A stretch of 64,000 nt of DNA from positions 227,354,001 to 227,418,000 of the forward strand of contig OZ024742.1 of assembly GCA_964016885.1 (NCBI GenBank), in the 5' to 3' direction. Below, in pieces: positions 29,502 to 43,408 of the stretch (the first letter of the stretch is position 1; each line of letters starts with the position of its first letter). A program made the translations under genes and the position numbers. The DNA comes from Eledone cirrhosa (lineage: Eukaryota). Below the pieces are notes generated by a model. It saw only the letters and a list, made by a program, of their open reading frames with translations, was not told where the DNA came from and did no database searches.

Positions 29502-30150
29502 AAGTATGTACACGTACATACATATATGTATACAGACGTACAGTAGTATGCATATATATATACATACATGCACACATATATATATGTACGTATATATATA
29601 TGTGTGCATGTATGTATATATATATGCATACTACTGTACGTCTGTATACATATATGTATGTACGTGTACATACTTATATTTAAGTAACAGCCGTACTAAG
29701 AGTAGGAAATGAAATTTCTTTCATTTTTTCCGTTTATCGTTTTCGGTGCACCCGGCCGATTAACCCACTCGATATGCAAATTGGGCTACTCAGCCGTTAA
29801 TATGCATAAGGTAAGTATATACGTTCAACGATCTGGCAGGAAGGTATACGTTGCTGACGATAGCTAATAAGCTTGAAACTAGTACAGCATTCCTTTGTCA
29901 GTGTTGAACAAACGAGCAACGATGGTTGCTAGACACTACGGCTTAATACGGGATGTTTGTTTACAAACACACCGAGCATTATAACAAATGTTCGGTGAAT
30001 CCATACTTACATATATATATGTGTGCATGTATGTATATATATATGCATACTACTGTACGTCTGTATACATATATGTATGTACGTGTACATACTTATATTT
30101 AAGTAACAGCCGTACTAAGAGTGGGAAATGAAATTTCTTTCATTTTTTCC
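29502..30150 (+). mobile_element. Non-coding HHR-bearing retrozyme-like / non-autonomous PLE insertion
   Basis: ~140-bp direct repeat with 419-bp period; inverted 5' arm; flanking duplication GATATATATCATAT. Confidence 0.8.
29850..29888 (+). ncRNA. Type I hammerhead ribozyme
   Basis: gttg-CTGACGA-tagc taataa gctt-GAAAC ta GTA-cagc; palindromic stem III ACTAGT. Confidence 0.85.
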
Positions 30151-32249
30151 GATATATATCATATTTTCGGTAATCCATTTTATTACGCTTTCCAAAATAT
30201 TTGCTCCAGTGTTAGGAATCAATTGTACAAATAGGAATCAATTGTACAAATTCTTCCACAATATCAAATGTTGGTGTTACACCCCTCACAAACACTGCAA
30301 GTTGACAAGTATCCTTCATATCTGTGGTTTCATCGATAGCAATGGAATAATACTCCAGATTATTTAAAATGCCCTCCAAGCCACTTCTGACATTTGCTGC
30401 CAGCTCTTCAATTCGCCTTGTTACTGTTCTTGCCGATAAGCTGATCGCAGAAAATAATTCCCTTTTTTCTGGACAAACAACATCTGCTACCTTCAACAAT
30501 AATTCTTTGAAGAAATCTCCATCAGTAAAAGGTTTCATCCTTTCTGCTATTAGTTTTGACACCTCGTAGCTAGCACGAGTGTTTCGGTCACATTCTTCAA
30601 CTTTTCTAGTGAAAAAGGATGATTGCTTTGTTACATTATTTCTCAGCCGTGCAACTTCGTTTACTCGTGCTTTTCCAGTAAAATGATTATGACGAGTTTC
30701 ATAGTGCCGTTTAATATTTGAAACTTTCTTCACGGCAATGGTTTCTTGACAAATTAAGCAAACGCATTTTCCGAAGTGCTCAATGAAAAAATAGCTAAGT
30801 CTCCAGCCATCGTTAATAGCTCGGCACTCCAAATCCACTTTTCTTTTCTTAGCTTCCATGGGCTTGTTTTTGTTCAAACAAAAAAGATTTATGGAAAGTA
30901 AAAAGAACAAAAAGTATAATAATCAGAATGAAGAAATAAGAAACAATGAAAACAAATGTAAATGCACATACACTAATGCGATAAAATATGATAATTGTGA
31001 ATAAATTATATAAAACCAGGTTTCTAACGACGTTGTTAGATTAGGGTTGCCATTTGTTTTTTTAAAAAAACACTTTTGGCCTAATTCTAATAATAATAAT
31101 TCACACAATTTATCACAAATAATTAAATAAACGTTATTATCGAATAAAGATACCTTCTGTATAGTTGTTATACCACCAGACAACAAACTCAAATGAAAAT
31201 AGTCTGGGGAGGAGGGAACGAAGTAATTTTTCCAACGACAGCTTTACCTTGTGCCGGGGGGCACAAGGTAAAGCTGTCGTAAGGTCAGGCAAACGAAGAC
31301 GACAATAATTCACAAGTGATTTTATTGAATTACAATATGGGTATAAAAGCGAGTCATGCGAACCCGTAAGGTAGTATACCTTCCAGTCGCTGAAGAAAAT
31401 GCATACTTCCAGCCAACATTTGTGTTTGTTGACTGGAACAAAAACACATACATGAAATCACAGGAAATAATAATACAGGTGATATAATGCTTGGCGGAAA
31501 GACCAGAAAAAGATGGATAAGAGGAAATAATAATAAATGGAAAATATAATAAGGTTACAAAGGTATCTGTAAATATATACGGTATGAGGCACAACCTTGA
31601 AGTGAACTACTGTATCTGTATTCGATACTAATTAGATAATTAGTGTCCAGTGTAAGATGGCGTGCCGGACAAAAATCATTCGAGGGCCTGATGTGGCCCT
31701 CGGGCCGGGGTTGCCGACCCCTGATATAATTGCTCAGATCAAATCACTTGCTACAATGAAAGTTGAATAACAACTCCTGTATTTTATGAGTGTAAAAGTC
31801 CGAGTTACTTGAGTATTAACAAAATTTAAATGTTAATAGGTTATAATACAAACAAAAATGAAACAAAAAACAATAAAGCAGTGCAATAGAACAACCTGAA
31901 ATAAAGTGTCTTGCTCAAGGATACAACACGAATCGAACTCAAGAACTTACGATCGCGCGCCGAACACCTTAGCCACTATGCCACACGCTTTCTTGCATGT
32001 AATTATACACAGACACACACACTTACACACACGCACACGCACACTTACACACACTTACACACTCACACACTCACACACATGTTCTCAACCAATATACCTG
32101 TCCAATTGTCAATATGTTTTGTGGACAAATATTATTTCCGGCAAAATTGTCTGTTCTAACTAAACAGGATAATCTTTCTAAAGTATCAACTATGTGTATG
32201 TATTGATATATATATATAATATATATGTGTGTGTGTGTGTACACACACA

Positions 32250-32287
<38 letters not shown>

Positions 32288-32392
32288 GAAATGGCTTCAA
32301 TTTATATATATATATATACATACACACATACGCACGCACACACACACACACACTCACACACACACACACACACACACGCACGCACACACGCA

Positions 32393-32455
<63 letters not shown>

Positions 32456-32654
32456 GCACACACATATATATATATACAGGATGTCCCCCCCAAAAATATA
32501 TACACATTTTGATTACCTGTACAGGCAATATTTATTAGAATGCTGATGAAGTGTGTATACATTTTTTGGGGACACTCTATATACATATATGAGTGTGTGT
32601 ATGTGTGCCCGTTCATTTTTTTTTATTATTATTCGTGTGTGTGAAAGTGCATGT

Positions 32655-32847
32655 GTACATGTGTATCTATATATGTGTGTGACTATATATTGTTTATTAT
32701 ATGTGTGTGTGTGTGTGTGTATGTGTACATGTGTATCTATATATGTGTGTGACTATATATTGTTTATTATATGTGTATGTGTGTGTGTGTGTGTGTACAT
32801 GTGTATCTATATATGTGTGTGACTATATATTGTTTATTATATGTGTA

Positions 32848-32875
<28 letters not shown>
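32655..32875. repeat. ~70-bp tandem repeat, three copies
   Basis: GTACATGTGTATCTATATATGTGTGTGACTATATATTGTTTATTAT(GT)n. Confidence 0.9.
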
Positions 32876-32878
<3 letters not shown>

Positions 32879-32971
32879 TATTCCATTTATCGTAGCTCAT
32901 GTTTTGCTAAGAAATAATTACCTTGCTGAGGGGAGAGTAAATACGATACAATTACAATATCGATTTATTAA

Positions 32972-33009
<38 letters not shown>

Positions 33010-33206
33010 ACATTTGAATGATGAAGTATGGTAGCCAAAATGGAGCCTCTGCTCCTCGCGATCGATACACGAGAAAAAGTAAAATCTCGTGTAATATCAC
33101 CCCTCAACAACAGGCAGGAGAAGGTCATATAGCGATTGAGTGAATAGCAGACGATTCGGGATGTGTTAGGTAGTATTGCGTATATATATATTTGTGTGTG
33201 TATGTG

Positions 33207-33322
<116 letters not shown>

Positions 33323-33325
33323 GAA

Positions 33326-33381
<56 letters not shown>

Positions 33382-33472
33382 ATTTCCGTAGAAAAGGTAA
33401 AGGAAAGAAGAGTGCTCTATGTATAGTACAGAGCTATTTAATTAAGTAATAAACAACACAATACAATTATTC

Positions 33473-33539
33473 CATTTACCAAAGGTTTCACGAAGGCAGG
33501 CGACCTAAACAGAGGCGTCCGAAGTCGTTCATCAGAAAG
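33473..33539 (-). ncRNA. Type I hammerhead ribozyme with extended stem II, in a fold-back
   Basis: Minus strand: cttt-CTGATGA-acga...tcgt-GAAAC ctttg GTA-aatg; partial inverted copy at 33548-33617. Confidence 0.7.
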
Positions 33540-33620
33540 GAAAATTTCCTCTGTTGAGGTCGCCTGCCTTCGTGAAACCTTTGGTAAATGAAATAATTTT
33601 ATTGTGTTGTTTATTACATA

Positions 33621-33662
<42 letters not shown>

Positions 33663-33939
33663 TTATATATATATATATATAGTTCGAAATATTAGAAATC
33701 AAAAAACAAACAACGCAGGAGTATATAAAGAATTTAGTTTTCAAATACAAAAACTGGAAAGAAGTAGGTAGAGAAGTTATATCAGCTCAAAATACGGTAA
33801 TTTATTATAATATACTGTACATAAGGCTATATATCAATCTTCCTTAAAAACTTTTTTTCAAAACAAGCATGTGTACGAAATCTTAATGTGTTAAAAATAA
33901 TTACGCGTGGAGTAAATTATTCTTTAAAATATATTCACA

Positions 33940-35095
33940 TATGAACATTTGTATGCAGATGATTGATCTTGTTGTTCACTCTGAAAGTGACATGCAGCGC
34001 CTGGTGGATTCTTTTTCGAAAGCATGAAGCATATTGGGTCTGACAATCAGCCTGGCAAAGACAGTTGTCAAATATCAATCTACTCCGGGCAAGGATTTCC
34101 CTGAGCGTTGCATTATTGTAAGCGGCAAAACATTGAAGCTTCTGGATATTTGTTTTTGTATTTAGGCAGCTCAGTTAACAATGCAAGCGCCTTTGAAAAT
34201 GAAATTTCAATACGACTAAAGAAAGTAAGTGATTCTTTTGGTAAATTAGATGAGCTTCTTTGGTGTCGACGCGGGGTTTTCATTGATACAAAGTTAAACG
34301 TATACAGAACATGTGTATTGTCTTCATTGCTGTATGCGTGTGAATCTTGTGTTACATACCAATGAAATATAAAATGTTTGAACATATTCATCAACAGTGT
34401 TTTCGCTAATTACTCGCTATCCATTAGCAATCACTTACGAGTGATGTTGAAGTACTGGAATAAAATCATTTTGAAAGTATTGAATCTCTCATAATTCAAC
34501 ATAGATTGTACTGGAATAGTCATGTTGTAAGAATACCAGATTATAGTATTCCTAAGCAGTTACTGTGCATGGAGTTAGTAAAAGGCACGGCCAAGGTATA
34601 AATTAAACCCCGGGTATAAAAACTGCACCCCAAAAGCTTTGATAAAATCAAAATTCAGAGAACATAACTGGGAAGATATTGCCTTAAATCGATCATCTTG
34701 GGGGAAAACAGCGTTTAATGGAAAACGGGAATACGAAAAATCACATGCGGCGCAAGAAAAATTAGAGGGTCAACACAATATTACTTTACCTAGATATGCA
34801 GATGCCCAAAATAACTTTATGTGCAACGAGTGTGATCGAATTTACCCCAGTAAAGCTGGTCTTAGAAGTCATCATAGAAGCCATATACAAAATGTTTCCG
34901 ATTATGGTCTCTTTGGTATTTTTTCCAGTCGAAGTGTGAAAACATTGTGCATAGACCATTGGACTGCAATGTCATTTGAAAGTTCAACAAAACAAAACAG
35001 CAAGCCAAAGTAGAAGTAATGTTCATCACTGTAGCATATGTAGAAAGGAATATAAATCCTTGGGCGGGCTAAAGTGTCATGGTCGTACCATCTAT
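33940..35095 (+). pseudogene. Decayed RTE LINE RT and C-terminus with zinc fingers
   Basis: LYADD..HSESDMQRLVDSF; YLGSSV; TKLNVYRTCVLSSLLYACES; CNECDRIYPSKAGLRSH. Confidence 0.85.
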
Positions 35096-36138
35096 AGTAT
35101 ATATATATATATACTATATAATATTTTGAGAATAAGCTCTCAGTCCTTTACAATAATTAAGCTCCAGGAAAGGGTCATTTCCGAGCAGTTAAATATACAT
35201 TAAAATACATGATAAACACAAAACGTGTTTGCATTGCAACAGACAGTCAGCTATTAATGAAATAAACTAATTAAAGTGAATACAATTTGTCTGTCTCGAT
35301 ATAAGTCAAAAAAGACAATTTTATATTGGCAACTGCCATGATTCCTGGACAGATTTAAATTTCAAAATCCAAACCTGTTCTGTAGACGAATTTGAACCTC
35401 GAAACCTAAATCCGTTTCGCAATGGTGGTATGTGAATTTAAAAAATAAAGAGAATCGAAATGGAATTGAAATAAAAAGTGAAATATCCAAATCTTCTGTG
35501 CATATCAACAGGAATCCAGTAGAAATTAGTATAACACTTGTTGCCAAACTGTGATGGATACATGGAGTTCCACTATATGATGATCGCTTTATCTGGCTCC
35601 CGCTATATCTGACTCTGCTTACATTCATTTGGTTGCTACCATTCTTAAACTGTCACCTCTGGAATACTCTACTGTCTACAACATATTTACTTGCATTTAT
35701 TTGCATTGCTAATATAATGTGTTATCTTTTATGTTTCATTTTTATTTTTATTTTTATCACCTCCTATTTTTTATTCTAATGTTTATTTTTATTTTTATTA
35801 TTTGTTATTATATTTTTATATTTCCTTATATTATCATCACTTTATTGTTATCTTTATTTTATCCTTACTTCTAGACTCTACCCTGTACATTTTATCTCTC
35901 ACCTTTAATTTCCTTATCTTTTATTTTTCCTTATCTTTAATTATTTTTCCTTTTTTTTTCCTTATTTTTCTTTATCTTTAATTATTGTAACTGATTTTGG
36001 TCTTAATATGTATCGACTTCTAGCGGTGACGCGTCGTCCAAGCACCCCACTCTTCTTAGTCCTCTGTGCTACATATAGATCGTTCTTGTGATATAGGTCG
36101 GTAGAGTTTATACTATTGATCTAATTCCTCTTTATAAC

Positions 36139-36183
36139 GCTCTGATGAGTCCTGCAATTATGCAAGGACGAAACACTGTCAGC
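36139..36183 (+). ncRNA. Type I hammerhead ribozyme at the end of a probable PLE 3' remnant (~35280-36230)
   Basis: gct-CTGATGA-gtcc tgcaattatgcaa ggac-GAAAC act GTC-agc, followed directly by AATAAA; T-rich UTR upstream. Confidence 0.88.
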
Positions 36184-36226
36184 AAATAAAGATTAATTGA
36201 TGATGCAAGCGCTCTTTGTTTTTGTT

Positions 36227-36270
<44 letters not shown>

Positions 36271-36514
36271 GAAAAGTATAGAAATTATTGTGAGCAAGAA
36301 GCACACAGTATTTCATAATATATAAGTGACTATAGCGTCAAAATGGGAAAATAGTTAACGTAAGATGTGGGAAAAATAATTCAAACTCAATTCAAAAAGA
36401 ATCAGGATATAGATTCATCCAACAGAATTTTGTGAAATTCAGGGAAAAATCAATAGACCCTTAACTCATGATAAAATAAAGTTTAAAATACTCATCCTTC
36501 AATTTGGAAAAACT

Positions 36515-36637
<123 letters not shown>

Positions 36638-36957
36638 CAATATATATATATATATATATATATAAACTACAATATATATATATGTATATATATATATATA
36701 CCTATACGTACATATATGTATGTATTTATACATACATATATGTATACACATATATATATATATGTATATATACTTATACGTACATATACATACATACACA
36801 CACACATACATGCATACATACATACATACATACTTACATACATACATACATACATACACGCACATATACATGCATACATACACACATACATACATACATA
36901 CATACATACATACATACATACATACATACATACATACATACATACATACATACATAC

Positions 36958-37218
36958 ATGATGGCTGCCCCCTCATTATCGAGTATGGCCATTGCACGAT
37001 ATATCATTATTAATAATTATTAATTAACTCTATCGTGCAATGCCTGTGCGTGAAGATATTTTTAAAGTGAGGAAAGACTGTGCACTGAGCCAATCCCACT
37101 CTCTGAGCGACAGTAGCTATAACCCGAAAAGAAAAAAAGATCAACATCATCGGTAACTACTGAGCCGCAGGTTTTATGTCGGAGTTATCCCAGTTTCATG
37201 AGTTGCCTTCTCCTAGAA

Positions 37219-37260
<42 letters not shown>

Positions 37261-37733
37261 GTATATATATATATGTATATATATGTATGTATATATATGT
37301 ATGGTATATGTATATGTATGTATATGTATGTATATGTATGTATGTATATATATGTCGGGTCACTCTTGAGTGCTACTGGTAACATGTAACCCAGTACAAC
37401 CTGTCGCATGGTCGGGTCGTCAGCGACTAAACCGGCAACCCCATCAAGTTTACTTGGTGAGGAGGGTGCTTTTGGTTACCCTGCAGGACAAAAAACAAAA
37501 CCTGACAAAGGGCGGAAGAACTCATAGAGTCAACGGCCATCTATAAGTGTGTAAATATATATATACACATGTACATATGTATGTATATCTATATGTGTAT
37601 ATACGTGGGTGCATGTGTATGTGTATGTATATGCGCGGGAACATAGAAATAGTTGGGCTGGACACCCGATCGCGTGGTTAAACTACTGGGAGTGAAGGAC
37701 CCCTAGCCTTTGTCAGAGCATTCTTCTAGAAGA
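36958..37733. mobile_element. RTE-derived bipartite non-autonomous element with inverted 5' half
   Basis: 3' half on minus (36958-37221), 5' half on plus (37355-37733); homologous to 59139-59742. Confidence 0.7.
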
Positions 37734-38081
37734 CATACATACATACATACATACATACATACATACATACATACATACATACATACATACATACATACAT
37801 ACATACATACATACATACATAAACTTTACCTATTGATACATATCTAACTAGACGTAAAGGAAAATAAATCATTCCCTTCAGAATTATACCAAAAACAATC
37901 CCAGCATATCAACAACAAATCCCACACCAATTACTGGTATACGGTGTGACAAAGGTCACCAGGTAGCTGCTGCCGTATTACCACCTGGTTACTGTACAAC
38001 TCTCGCTCTATATATATATGTGTGTGGGTGTGTGGGTGGGTGTGGGTGTGTGTGTGCGTGCGTGTGTGTATGTGTGTGTGC

Positions 38082-38113
<32 letters not shown>

Positions 38114-39009
38114 TTATATGTATATACATCCGGCCTGTTTTCCTCTATTCTCCCTGCTTACCTTTTCTTCGCATCACTGTCCTTCTTGTCTGTATCTTGG
38201 ACTACAGTCCTTATTATGCTCTTCTGTTTTACTATTCTCTCAAGACTATCATACATTTTTCTCCTTTCGCCAAGGCCTTGTGCACTCTACATTTGTGTAA
38301 TGTGCTTAAAGGCATAACTTGTCTCTACCTGTTTTGTTATGTCCAAATGTTGACTTGAATGAATGGTATCAACAATAATTCACCGAAACAGTACTGATTT
38401 CCAGAGGTTGACTGAGGAGTTGGGACTGTCCGACTTTCCGTTGTTTTTTTCCATTGAATTTGTCATGTGCGTCGCCTATTTTGAATATATATATATATAT
38501 AACATTCATGTAAACATCGCTATTTCAGAGCTCCAATACTAATACCTAATTATTGCTGGACCGGCAATCGTCCTGTATAATCATCTCCTGATTATTACTG
38601 GAATTCTATAAGAATCCAGCTTCTATAATTTTCGGCGCAAGCAGGGGCTGCTTGGCTCTGATGATCGTCAACCAGCGTGAAACAGACTGTTAGCTTCTCT
38701 CCCTTCTTTCGCCTAAAAGAAGTAAGTGACAAAGTCATTACTTTAAAACCGATAGCGTATGGTCTTCTAAATGTTTTTAATTAAACATACGGTATATTGC
38801 CAAATATACTATACATACATTCATGTATACATCGCTATTTCAGAGCACCAATCCTAATACCATATATACATATATATATATACTTACACACATACACACA
38901 GATACATACGCATACATGCATACACACACACGCGCGCGTACATACATATACACAAACACACAGACACACATGCACGCATACACACACACACACACACATA
39001 CATACATAC

Positions 39010-42000
39010 ACTATACAGTCAACGCGATCAGTCGCATATTTTGGCGTGGGAGACTATTTATTAAATTTAAGATGAATACTATCTCCGACAGTAATGCCAC
39101 AACTACGGTCATGTTGAATAACTGGTTATTCTTCTAACTATATCTTCTGAAGACACCTTTTATTCGAATTCGTAGAGATATCCGACTAAATACATAATTC
39201 ATTTTACAAAGATTTGCTACAAACAGCATGGCTGAACACAACATCAACAACAAAATTAAGGAAGTATCGAAGATAAACAACAAGAAAGGTAAATAAACTT
39301 TATTCAGTTGTAGCTACAGAAGAAACCGAAATTATAAATTGCATTTCTCTTGGAATTGCGAGCTTAATAAAGATTTATTTAATTGTTATAAAATGGCAAA
39401 AAAGAATCCATCCATTGGCTATATGAACAGAATGAAACTACACTGGGACGAAATGCACCCAGAGCTAAATTATTTCACAGCGAAACAATTACGCCAACAA
39501 GCGACGTTTGTTGAACGTAAAAATAAGATAAATATTATTAATAAGATAAATATTATTAATAAATATTATTAATAAATATTATTAAGTCCCCCACAACAGA
39601 CATGGGATCAACAACACGTGCTACAGATCGCCATGTTACTAGACTTCCTAGCAGCCAGGTCGAACAGTGCCTTGAAACAACTATGCCTGTAAGAAACTTG
39701 ACACCACCTGCACCATCTAAGTCTACCTTGAATGCTGAGGAAAACACTATCGATGATAATAATAATCGAAGAAATAATAATAATAATCGAAGAAATTTGA
39801 CACTACGTATACCATCCGAGTCTACCTCGACTGTTGGGGAAAATACTATCGATAAAGATAATCAAAAGTATAAACAATTGAAATTTTCCCTCGACGAAAT
39901 CTTCCAGAGAGAAATTAATTCATGTATAAATATCTCTCTTGCTGAAGGTATTAAAACGATAATGTTTAATAAAAAACCAAATAATGAAATATTACGTGTT
40001 ATTGTCGAAATAGGGGATGGATATTTACGACGGATATAAACCCCAACATTTTAGCAAATCAACGCATGTTTATATTCCTTAGCAACGACAGTGAAGCATT
40101 ATCTTGGTGATAGCAGAGATATTAACAAGAACAGAACACCACCAAAAATACCACCATATATAACTAAAATAGAAGAAAAGATTGCTGACCTACGAAAAAC
40201 CATAGGATATGTGACAATGATCCTTACATGCAAACAAACACAAAAAACCTCACTCCTCACCAACAAAGAGTGAAAAATAGAGACGATGTTCGGTAACAGT
40301 AGAACCAGAACTCTTCAATATAAGCTGATCACCCTCAAACAAGAATTGAGAGCTGTTAGCGAAAAACGCCAATACCTGAAGAAGGTAGGTGAGAGAAAAG
40401 TGCTTAATAAAAGATTCAGACGAAACCAAACATCAGTCTATAGAGATATGAAGAACAAAATAATAAGTGTCACTGAGGCCCCATCCCAGAAAGACAGATT
40501 CCTTTTGGAGCAAAATATGGGGTGAAAAGAAGAATTTCAATCAAGATGCAGTGTGGCTAAGAGAAATCCGAAAGAACTATTACTCCTACACTACAACAAA
40601 AACATACGAAATAAGTGAGGGTACCCTTGAGACTGTGATAGGAAAACTACAAGATAAGAAAACACCAGGAAGAGACATGATTGTCGGCTACTAGTTCAAA
40701 AAACTGATATTCTATCGGAGGTATCTTACTGACCTCTACCAACAAGTTCTTAAGGGAGATACACTTATACCAGAATGGTTGACATTAGCACAAACATTAC
40801 TGGTCCCCAAGAACAAAGACACCCACTTGGCAAAAAACTACCGACCCATTGCATGCCAGAACCTGATGTATCAGATGTATACAGCCTGCCTGAACCTATT
40901 CCTCCAAGATCACTGTGAAAATAATAACATCATCACAGATGAACAAGCAGCTGGAAAGAAAGGGGGTTTGGGGATGTGCTAAACAACTCCTAATCAACAA
41001 AACTGCGATGTCGGAGGTGCGACAACTTAGGAGGAATATGACTACAGTCTGGCTGGACTACAAGAAAGCTTTCGATTCTGTTCTCCACTCTTGGATGATA
41101 GAGGCCCTCCAACTTGCTCCAGTCCCAGACATTATTGTCAGAGCCATAGAGAGGCTGTCTTCTTCTTGGGCTACTATCCTAAGGTTAAAGACAGAGAGGG
41201 AGGACTCTATTTTCACTGATAAAATAAAATATTGCAGGGGTATATTTCAGGGGTACAGTCTCTCTGTGATATTATTCATCTTGTCATTAAACCCCTTGTC
41301 CTTTCTGCTCAAGAAATGTGAGGGATACATCATTGGCTCACGGGAGCACAGAAATACGAACCTGACCCATAATTTCTTTGTGGACGATCTGAAACGCTAT
41401 GCCAAGAACATGGATGAGATGAAGAAAAATCTTGACCTGGTTACAACGTTCTCAAAGGATATAGGAATGGAGTTTGGCCAAGATAAATGCTCATACATGA
41501 CTGTAAAGCAGGGAAAAACAACAACCTAATCTAGCAACATTGTCATCAATGGCCTAACTGTTTCACCGATATCTGATGAGGACTGCTACAGATACCTGGG
41601 GATAGATGAGAACATATCCTATAATGGTATCTGTAATAAAGAACGCGTAACCAGGGAATACTACACCCGATTAAGACGATCTGGTCATCGGAACTCTGCG
41701 CAAAACAAAACAGTGGTTCACAATGTGTTTGCTGTGCCTGTCCTAATACCAACGTTTGGAATACTCAATTGGACGATAGACGAAATCCGAGCAGTTGATA
41801 TTGGAACTCGAAAAATACTAAACAACACCGGAAACTTCCACATCAACAGTGACATAGACCGCCTTTACTTGACACGTAAGCAGGGAGACAGAGGCCTAAC
41901 ATCAGTCCAGACAACATTTGAATGTCGCATCATATCTCTCCGACATCTACAAACCTCAAAGCGTAGGAGCCCGTTTCTCGAGCAAGTCTATCTGCATGAA

Positions 42001-43317
42001 ACAGATAAGATCATGAGAGTTGGGAAGGAACTCTTCGAGAGATATTCCCTGTGTGATAATCAAAAACTCACACCCAGGGAAGTCGCTCAGCAGTATCGCA
42101 GTGAATCCATGGAGGAAAAACTGCATGCTTATCAGCAAAAAATCATGTATGGATATGTTGCCAGGAAGCTCCAGAGTGAGAGTAATATAGATAAGGAAAG
42201 TAGTCTATCTTGGACCAACAACCGCTATATTGGCTCCCACTTTGAAGGATACGCTTTTGCAATCCAAGAACAGGAGATTAACACGAAATACCTGATTCAC
42301 AAAAGAGATAGGGATGCAGGCAAAACACCTAGATGTGATAACAAGTGCAGACTCTGCAGAACTAACATCGAAGATGTCACCCATGTCATAAGCAGCTGTC
42401 CAAAGATGTCATCGCGGTACTATCTACCTATGAGGCATGATGTAGTGGCCAAAACACTGTACAATGTAGTTCGTAAAAAAGATAGCCCCGATAATAAACA
42501 CATTAAAAGCTACAGCAATGTGGAAGACATCCATGTACATAATATGAAAGAGTACTGGTGGAATGTTCCAGTAAAAACCCCAATAAAATGCAGGCATAAC
42601 AGACCAGATATTATGATATGGGACAGGGATAAGAAAGCTCGCACAGTAGTGTAAATTAGCTGCCCAGCAGATGCCAATATAATATCAAAGATTAGTGAAA
42701 AGGAGAATATTTATGCAGAACTGATGAGAAATCTGCATATACTCCACCCTGATTACACCTTCAGATTTATGCCTGTGATTATTGGGGCACTGGGGTATGT
42801 TAGTAACTACCTCAATACAAATCTTGAGAAGCTAGGCTTCACAGGAACAGAAAGAACACAACTAGTTAGGAAATTACAAGTACAATCCATTAATGGAACA
42901 ATAAAAATATGTAAAACATTCCAAAAATGTTGCATCTAATAACGGCATGTACACATGTACAGATACAAAGCATATACACATGCACACATACAACTCAAAA
43001 CATCCACACATACAATAACATCCATATCTACACATGCATGCATACATAATCTACCTAGTTGATGTTTTGTAAATTCCAATGAGAGAGTATTGTGTCTATG
43101 TTAGAAACCGACTTTCTCTCTATTGGCAAAAAATTGTGAAATTATAAAACCAGAAGAACATACATACTTACATACATACATATCTACACATGCAGACATA
43201 CATACATATCTACCTATTTGATGTTGTGTAAAATCCAATGAGAGAGACTTGTGTCTATGTTAGAAACCGACTTTCTCTCTATTGGCAAAAAATTGTGAAA
43301 TTATAAAACCAGAAGAA
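39010..43317 (+). mobile_element. Near full-length R4/Dong-clade non-LTR retrotransposon; broken ORF ~39228-42939; duplicated 3' UTR
   Basis: N-terminal WNCELN..CY..GYMNRM; NYRPIAC; WLDYKKAFDS; GIFQG; FFVDDLK; CRLC..HVISSC; RHD; RPDI endonuclease. Confidence 0.92.
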
Positions 43318-43334
43318 CATACATACACGCACAC

Positions 43335-43408
<74 letters not shown>

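Larger units (their letters stand above)
27117..30859 (-). pseudogene. hAT transposase, fragmented
   Basis: BED finger CLICQE..NIKRHYETRH; SIAIDETTD; ITDGAPAM; HCIIHQEALC; VRWLS; FGSTYACEQLFS. Confidence 0.92.
26783..31723 (-). mobile_element. hAT transposon (Charlie/GTF2IRD2-like) with three nested insertions
   Basis: TIR CAGGGGTCGGCAACC/GGTTGCCGACCCCTG; 8-bp TSD ATATAATT. Confidence 0.95.

Noticed and set aside
38350-38395. TTGAATGA...GAAACAGTA hammerhead-like motif
   Set aside because: Core mutated and stem I unsupported
39040-39130. HDV-like ribozyme in the R4 5' UTR
   Set aside because: Some stems, but I could not place the nested pseudoknot or the catalytic C
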